Assembly: GCA_016744675.1 (NCBI GenBank)
Contig: JADGDX010000008.1
Span: 26,821-90,820 of the forward strand
From: Desulfuromusa sp.
GTDB lineage: Bacteria > Desulfobacterota > Desulfuromonadia > Desulfuromonadales > Geopsychrobacteraceae
Reading direction: 5' to 3'
DNA length: 64,000 bases
The translations under genes were made by a program, and so were the position numbers. Positions 58,178 to 64,000 of the stretch are shown in pieces. The first letter of the stretch is position 1. The number at the start of each line of letters is the position of its first letter. The notes under the pieces are model-generated. The model saw nothing but the letters and a program-made list of their open reading frames with translations. It was not told the DNA's origin and ran no database searches.

Positions 58178-59691
58178 ACTTTTTCTCCTGGAGTCTCTCC
58201 GCTCATCATCAAACCAATTTCTTCACGCGTCGTATTCCGTGGATCAACATAACCGATCAATCGACCGCGAAACATCACAGCAATACGGTCACTCAGCTTG
58301 AGCAACTCGTCAAGGTCTTCAGCAATCAGGATAGTACTCATACCCTGATCGGCACCATCAGCGATCACTTTATGCACATACCCCGCACTACCAATATCGA
58401 GTCCTCGCGTAGGGTAGAGGGCAACAAGGACGGCAGGTTTTTCTGACAGTTCCCGAGCAATAATAACTTTTTGGATGTTGCCACCCGACAGATATCGAAC
58501 CGGAGTTCCATCAGGGCCACTTTTAATCGCAAATTGTTCAATCTTTTCTTCGGCATTTCGCTTAATGGCTTTTTTGTTCTGAAAAATCCAGTTGCGAAAG
58601 GAGCCACTCTTAAAACTTTTCATAATCAGGTTTTCATCAACACTCATGTCGGGTGCAATTCCAATTGTTTTACGATCTTCTGGGATATGAGCAATTCCAG
58701 CGACATAAGAATATCTGGCGTTACTGTTGGTTATATCTTTTTGCTTTGCGTAAATTCGCCCCTGATTGGTATTTTTTAAACCAGTTAAAACTTCGGCGAG
58801 GGCTTTCTGACCATTTCCTGCAACCCCTGCAATTCCGAGAATTTCACCTTTTTTAAGTTGCAGATTAAAATCATCCAGATCGGACAATCCACGATCATTC
58901 CGAACTGATAAATTTTGAATATCAAGGACAATCTCATCGGACATTTGTAAGTTTTTTTGCCACTGAGGAACCTTGTCCCGACCGATCATTAAAGAAGCAA
59001 GTTTTGATTCATCGAAATCACCACGAACCCGAGTCGTAATACTACGGCCTTTTTTGAGAATCGTCACACGATCCGATATTTCCATAACTTCGCGCATCTT
59101 ATGGGAAATGAAAATAATGCTCTTCCCCTGCTCTTTCAGTTTTCGGAGAACATTAAACAATCGTGCGGTCTCTTGAGGGGTCAAAACAGCTGTTGGTTCG
59201 TCTAGTATCAGCAGCTTGCAATCACGCATCAACAATTTGATCAATTCAATCCACTGTTGAGCACCAATCGAAAGCCGCCAAACAGGAGTATCCAGATCAA
59301 GATCAAGATTGAATTCATCAATCAGTTTCTGAACTTTTTCTTTATATTTTTTTCTACTGTAAAAATTGGGAACCTTGTCGAGTGCAAGAAGAATATTTTC
59401 AAAAACTGAATGAGCGGGAACCAGCATGAAATGCTGGTGAACCATACCAATACCACAAGCCAAAGAGTCCCGAGGGCTGGTAAAGTGAATATTTTCACCA
59501 GCAATCTGGATCTGACCGCTATCGGGATGATAGAGCCCGGTTAGAACATTCATCAGGGTACTTTTACCAGCTCCATTTTCACCCAAAAGGGTATGAATCT
59601 CTCCCCGAGACACAGAGAATGAGACATCATCCAGAGCAATCACTCCGGGAAAAGTTTTACGGATATTTTTAATCGCTATGATATCGGTCAT
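58174..59691 (-). CDS. ABC transporter ATP-binding protein with duplicated ATPase domains
   Basis: Walker A GENGAGKST, signature LSIGAQQ / LSGGNIQK, Walker B LLILDEPT. 505 aa. Confidence 0.92.
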   Translation of the reverse strand: MTDIIAIKNIRKTFPGVIALDDVSFSVSRGEIHTLLGENGAGKSTLMNVLTGLYHPDSGQIQIAGENIHFTSPRDSLACGIGMVHQHFMLVPAHSVFENILLALDKVPNFYSRKKYKEKVQKLIDEFNLDLDLDTPVWRLSIGAQQWIELIKLLMRDCKLLILDEPTAVLTPQETARLFNVLRKLKEQGKSIIFISHKMREVMEISDRVTILKKGRSITTRVRGDFDESKLASLMIGRDKVPQWQKNLQMSDEIVLDIQNLSVRNDRGLSDLDDFNLQLKKGEILGIAGVAGNGQKALAEVLTGLKNTNQGRIYAKQKDITNSNARYSYVAGIAHIPEDRKTIGIAPDMSVDENLIMKSFKSGSFRNWIFQNKKAIKRNAEEKIEQFAIKSGPDGTPVRYLSGGNIQKVIIARELSEKPAVLVALYPTRGLDIGSAGYVHKVIADGADQGMSTILIAEDLDELLKLSDRIAVMFRGRLIGYVDPRNTTREEIGLMMSGETPGEKV

Positions 59692-59744
59692 ACTCTAATC
59701 GACATGAGGCGTCTCATAAAAGAAAGAGGAACGGTACCACCATC

Positions 59745-59776
59745 AAAAAAGGCACGCCGGAAAGCGTGCCTTTTTT
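59745..59776 (-). terminator. Intra-operon hairpin/terminator between the substrate-binding protein gene and the ATPase gene
   Basis: aaaaaa-ggcacgc-cggaaa-gcgtgcc-tttttt. It is symmetric, so it also reads as a stem plus T-run on the minus strand. Confidence 0.7.
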
Positions 59777-59789
59777 GATGACCTGTTAT

Positions 59790-60929
59790 TTACTTGGAAA
59801 TTGTCCCTTGGACACCCTCAACAAAATAATTCATCCCCAGAAGGTCACCATCTGGTGCAATTTGACCCGCTGCGATGACAATTTTACCACTCTGATCTTT
59901 AATTGGCCCAGCAAAGGGATGAAGAGTCCCCGACTTGATGGCATTACCCTTTTCAGTGACCAATGCTTGAACTTCAGCAGGGACGGCGCTGCTGAACGCT
60001 GCCAACTCAACGAGGTTTTCTTTCATCCCCCACCAGATTTGCTCAGACTTCCACGTACCATTGTGAACTTCTTCAGCCAATTTAGTGTAGAGAGAACCCC
60101 AGTTCCAGATGGGAGCAGTTAAAAAAGCATTGGGCGCAAAGCTGCGCATGTCAGAGTTATAACCAATAACATAAGCACCTCGCGCTTCAGCAGCCTGCAT
60201 TGTTGCTGGGGCATCCTGGTGCATGGTGAGAACATCGGCACCAACATCTAACAGACTATCAGCAGCATCACGCTCGACGCCTGGATCAAACCAGGTCTGA
60301 GTCCAGACAACTTTGACTTCAGCCTGCGGATTAACACTCTGTACTCCAAGGGTAAACGCGTTGATGCCACGAATAACTTCAGGGATTGGGAAAGCAGCAA
60401 CATAACCAATGATGTTTTTCTTGGTCATTTTTCCAGCGACAATCCCTGACAAATAGCGGGGCTCATACATCCGGCCAAAATAAGTCCCGACATTGTCTGC
60501 GGTTTTAAAACCGGAACAATGCATAAACACGATATCTTTATTTCTTTTTGCAACATCAATCGTGGCATCCATATAGCCAAAGCTCGTGGTAAAAATCAAA
60601 TTATGCCCTTTAAGAGCAAGACCATTAATAACGCGCGCAGACTCGGCACCTTCGGGAACCGTTTCAATGAAAGTTGAGGGTTGGACATAGGAAAGAATTT
60701 CCATCTCTTGTCGCCCTTGATCATGAGCATACGTCCAGCCGGCATCACCGACAGGTCCGACATAGATAAAGCCTGCCTTGATCCCTTTGTCCTCAGCCTG
60801 TTCCTGAGCTTTACTTTCGGCGGGTGCAGGAGCTGAAGAAGTTTCTTCCTTCTTTTCTTGTTGGCTACAGCCTGGAAGACAAAACGCCAGAGCGAGGACG
60901 AGCAACAGGAGCAAGGGTGCTTTTTTCAT
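59790..60929 (-). CDS. BMP-family (PnrA/Med-like) ABC substrate-binding lipoprotein, probably for purine nucleosides
   Basis: Lipobox LPGC, low-complexity tether, and BMP fold pattern (GFIYVGPVGDAGW). Confidence 0.88.
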   Translation of the reverse strand: MKKAPLLLLLVLALAFCLPGCSQQEKKEETSSAPAPAESKAQEQAEDKGIKAGFIYVGPVGDAGWTYAHDQGRQEMEILSYVQPSTFIETVPEGAESARVINGLALKGHNLIFTTSFGYMDATIDVAKRNKDIVFMHCSGFKTADNVGTYFGRMYEPRYLSGIVAGKMTKKNIIGYVAAFPIPEVIRGINAFTLGVQSVNPQAEVKVVWTQTWFDPGVERDAADSLLDVGADVLTMHQDAPATMQAAEARGAYVIGYNSDMRSFAPNAFLTAPIWNWGSLYTKLAEEVHNGTWKSEQIWWGMKENLVELAAFSSAVPAEVQALVTEKGNAIKSGTLHPFAGPIKDQSGKIVIAAGQIAPDGDLLGMNYFVEGVQGTISK

Positions 60930-60975
60930 TGAATTGTGCCTTTCTCGTGATGAGGAAAAGTGGTTTAAAATGGTT

Positions 60976-61004
60976 TTTTTAGACTAGACAACCGGGAGTG
61001 TCAA
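60976..61004 (-). promoter_or_regulatory. Candidate sigma70 promoter for the BMP/ABC/xpt operon
   Basis: On the minus strand: TTGACA (61004-60999), a 17-nt spacer, then TAAAAA (60981-60976). Confidence 0.4.
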
Positions 61005-61083
61005 GAAGCCCCCGTTAATCTTTAGTCGATTAACGATAAAAATCATTCACCCATGAAAAAATAAGATGATTTTTAGTCTTTCG

Positions 61084-62400
61084 CTACAACTTGCTGGTGA
61101 TATTATCCTGCAACCAATGTGCATCCCACCATTCTATAGGCTGAACGGGAACTCCAGAAACAAAAACTCCCAGATGAAGGTGGTCACCGCCGGCCAATCC
61201 GGTTGTGCCACTATTCCCGATAATCTGTCCCCTCGTCACCATATCCCCCTTCTGCACATCGAGTTGACTCATATGTGCATAAAGCGATTGCAAACCAAGG
61301 CCATGATCGATGACGACACAAAAACCATAAATTCCCAAGTACTCAGCCCAAACGACCTCTCCAGAATTCCCTGCAACCAACTCTGCTTGAGCAACTGAAG
61401 CAAGGTCATGGCCAAGATGGACCTGCCTGTCAATTTCCTTTCCCTTATAGAAATAGGTTCGGTAATCGGCAAACACGGCCTGAGTTGCAGCCTTGGGTTG
61501 GCGTAAGAAAGCCCCATCCCAGAGCGGCACTTCAGAACTTTCTTGTCCTAACTCAGCAATTTTACCCCGGTTTTCCTGTCGGATTGTCTGGTTAACGTAG
61601 AGAAATATTTCTAGTGGGGTTTCGAAGTTTGGCACCTGAGACTCAAACTCTGGAGCTTTCATCGTGAGGAAACTATCTGAAACATTGATTTTTCTGTGAC
61701 GAAATTTCTTATTATTAGCCCGGTAGTAAATTCCAGTAGGACGCTCATTTCCAGCAAGATCACGTGCAATAATACGCGGCACAAAATCCTTCTCTTTGAC
61801 ATTGTAGGGATAAACAAAAAGACAGCGGTACTCACCTGAATCCTGTTGGTAAGCGGGAAAGAAATAATCGCCAAATTGGATTCCAACCTTATCAACTTCT
61901 TCATTGACGTTAAAAGCAACCAGCCCACTTCCACCTTTGGTCAGATTGTGGGCTTTGCTCAAAACCGAAACAATTGGAGGACGGCTATCATAGGTCAGGG
62001 AAAATAATTGCTGGCTGGTATTCCCTTTTCCAAAGTGATAAATCGACTGATCCGTTGCTGTTACCTCAATTTGTAACGCTCCTTGCTGCAACTTCAGACC
62101 AGCCAAGTCAAGATCAAGCGTGGCTGCATCCGTCTGCAAAGGAAAATCACGCTTCACCAAAGGGATTCGGCTATTTCCCTGAATGACCACAACTTCAACA
62201 TTTTTAATTCCCATCCCGGGATCATTCAGAGTTAAAACGGCTTGTGTTTTATGTGAAATCGAACCACTTTCTGGTGTTAGACTCAACTGTGGAGCGGCCG
62301 TATCACGATAATAAAAAATCCCAGCAGCAACTAAACCAACAACAACCAACAACAGAAACAATTTTTTCAGTGTTTTCAAGACGAAACCTCGCAACAACAT
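61084..62400 (-). CDS. M23-family metallopeptidase with an N-terminal membrane anchor
   Basis: C-terminal LytM motifs HLGHDL and GNSGTTGLAGGDHLHLGV. One N-terminal TM helix. Confidence 0.88.
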   Translation of the reverse strand: MLLRGFVLKTLKKLFLLLVVVGLVAAGIFYYRDTAAPQLSLTPESGSISHKTQAVLTLNDPGMGIKNVEVVVIQGNSRIPLVKRDFPLQTDAATLDLDLAGLKLQQGALQIEVTATDQSIYHFGKGNTSQQLFSLTYDSRPPIVSVLSKAHNLTKGGSGLVAFNVNEEVDKVGIQFGDYFFPAYQQDSGEYRCLFVYPYNVKEKDFVPRIIARDLAGNERPTGIYYRANNKKFRHRKINVSDSFLTMKAPEFESQVPNFETPLEIFLYVNQTIRQENRGKIAELGQESSEVPLWDGAFLRQPKAATQAVFADYRTYFYKGKEIDRQVHLGHDLASVAQAELVAGNSGEVVWAEYLGIYGFCVVIDHGLGLQSLYAHMSQLDVQKGDMVTRGQIIGNSGTTGLAGGDHLHLGVFVSGVPVQPIEWWDAHWLQDNITSKL

Positions 62401-62513
62401 TCTTCGACAAAAAGTCAGAAAAGGGATGTATTTTCAGAAATTCAGGACAGCCGGATGGCACCCCTGAATAGAACTATTTATTGTCTTCTCTGCCCCTCAA
62501 TTTGTCAAGAGAA

Positions 62514-63938
62514 TCAGGCATGAATTGCCTCTTTATTCACTGCCAAAGCAGCCTCTTTAAGAGCCTCAGACAACGTGGGGTGGGCATGGCAAGTTTCTGC
62601 CAGATTATGGATAGTTCCAGAAGAAGACATGACTGTCGTTGCTTCAGCAATCAACTCCGATGCATGAGGGCCGACAATATGAATGCCATGGATGAGTCCG
62701 GTGTCGGGCTCCGCCAGAATCTTGACAAATCCGTCACTCATGCCACTACAAAGTGCGCGGCCACTGGCAGCAAAGAAAAACTTCCCCCCTTTATAAGGGA
62801 TATTTCCTTCCTTCAACTCAGCTTCGCTTTTTCCGACCGTTGCCACTTCTGGCCACGTATAGGTCACAGCAGGAATAACCTGATAATTCAGGGATGACTT
62901 ACGACCGGAGAGTCTTTCGGCAAAAACAATCCCCTCTTCACTCGCCTTATGAGCGAGCATTGGCCCAGGAATCAGGTCACCAACCGCATAGATTCCCGAA
63001 ACAGACGTCTGATAGTTTTCATCAACTTCGAGTTGCCCCTGAGGGTTCGTTTTCAAATTAACTGCCTCAAGGCCCAACCCATCCGTTTGAGCACGGCGAC
63101 CAGTAGCAACCAACACCTTATCGCATTCAATGCATTGCTCACCTTTTGCTGTTGTCAACGTGACTAACAGACCATCACCCGTGGTTTCAACCTTATCAAC
63201 TTTGGCTTTAATAAATATGTCTAAGCCTTGCTTTTTCAAGCTGCGCTGGAGTGTCTGGGCTACCTGTGAATCAACTTGAGGGAGAATCTGTGGTAACATC
63301 TCAACCACGGTTACAATCGAACCAAGACGGTTCCAGACCGACCCCAGTTCTAGACCGATCACGCCGCCTCCAACGACCAACAACCGTTCGGGAACAGACT
63401 TCAGATTTAATGCCTCTTTAGCACTGATAATTGTTGTCCCATTAAAAGGCAAATCAGGCAGCTCAGTTGCGGCACTTCCGGTTGCCAGTAATACGGCTTT
63501 GCCCAAGAGGTTCTTTGATCCTTCTTCACTCGTCACCCTGACCTTCCTGAGCTTATCGTCAGAAGCAAGAAGTTCTGCTTGCCCCGCTATTGAAACAATT
63601 TTGTTCTTTTTAAATAAGCCAGCAATACCGGTTGTTAATTTATTAATAATTCCGGCCTTTCTCAACATCATCTGTTCCAAGTTGAGTTTAATTCCAGAAA
63701 CTTCGACGCCGTGCTCAGACATTTCTTCGTTCAGCCGGGAAAAATGTTCACTGGATTCAAGTAATGCTTTACTGGGGATACAACCTTCGTTCAAACACAC
63801 TCCTCCAAGAACTCCGCGTCTCTCCACAACAACAACGGAGAAACCAAGCTGCGCTGCACGAATAGCAGCAACATAACCGCCAGGACCCGAACCAATAACA
63901 ATTAAATCAAAAATCTGTTCAGACATGATTTTCTCCAC
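62514..63938 (-). CDS. lpdA: Dihydrolipoyl dehydrogenase
   Basis: FDLIVIGSGPGGY, redox-active GGVCLNEGCIPSK, and C-terminal HAHPTLSE. Confidence 0.95.
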   Translation of the reverse strand: MEKIMSEQIFDLIVIGSGPGGYVAAIRAAQLGFSVVVVERRGVLGGVCLNEGCIPSKALLESSEHFSRLNEEMSEHGVEVSGIKLNLEQMMLRKAGIINKLTTGIAGLFKKNKIVSIAGQAELLASDDKLRKVRVTSEEGSKNLLGKAVLLATGSAATELPDLPFNGTTIISAKEALNLKSVPERLLVVGGGVIGLELGSVWNRLGSIVTVVEMLPQILPQVDSQVAQTLQRSLKKQGLDIFIKAKVDKVETTGDGLLVTLTTAKGEQCIECDKVLVATGRRAQTDGLGLEAVNLKTNPQGQLEVDENYQTSVSGIYAVGDLIPGPMLAHKASEEGIVFAERLSGRKSSLNYQVIPAVTYTWPEVATVGKSEAELKEGNIPYKGGKFFFAASGRALCSGMSDGFVKILAEPDTGLIHGIHIVGPHASELIAEATTVMSSSGTIHNLAETCHAHPTLSEALKEAALAVNKEAIHA

Positions 63939-64000
63939 TTAAATCTAAGTTTGATTATTTTCACGACAGCCGAAGAACCGAACTGATCCTTGTTTCAAAC

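Noticed and set aside
60930-61083. Expected purine riboswitch upstream of the BMP/ABC/xpt operon
   Set aside because: I read the leader on the minus strand and found no three-way-junction pattern or the conserved purine-riboswitch loop sequences. There are only a possible promoter and an 8-bp hairpin (cgttaatc/gattaacg).
1-64000. Search for CRISPR repeats, tRNA/rRNA genes, IS elements/transposases, integrases, prophage or defence-system genes
   Set aside because: I saw no regularly spaced direct repeats, no tRNA-like T-arm/acceptor patterns in intergenic regions, and no transposase, integrase or phage-like ORFs. The only mobile-type or addiction-type element is the Phd/RelE pair, and the only nuclease is a lone small HNH protein.

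Overview
64-kb chromosomal window with about 55 protein-coding genes. I found no rRNA, tRNA, CRISPR array, transposase or integrase. Gene content points to a Desulfuromonadales-like anaerobe, but that is an inference: multiheme c-type cytochromes, a GH57/GalT-like/GlgA glycogen operon, proS-ispG, speE-speA and trkAH. Housekeeping genes include proS (partial), ispG, rlmD-like, uvrC, proC, speE, speA, rluD, pgeF, trkA, trkH, a pcrA/uvrD-type helicase, xpt and lpdA. The accessory-looking part is about 4.2-14.3 kb. It holds a LysR regulator divergent from a decaheme cytochrome plus an MtrB/PioB-type outer-membrane barrel, then a Phd/RelE toxin-antitoxin pair. After that come a monoheme cytochrome, a putative porin and an octaheme tetrathionate-reductase-family cytochrome, then a YedF-type selenium-metabolism gene. 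The most interesting observation is in the barrel gene. It carries one in-frame TGA (8400-8402), followed 15 nt later by a perfect 8-bp hairpin with GU in its loop (SECIS-like). The same frame then stays open for 159 more codons and ends in a canonical outer-membrane C-terminal Phe signature. This suggests selenocysteine or programmed readthrough rather than a true stop. Other notable items are a 1539-aa GH13-like/GlgA fusion protein, a ferritin-like gene interrupted by one in-frame TAG, and several strong intrinsic terminators. All product calls come from reading motifs in the supplied translations; no database search was run.
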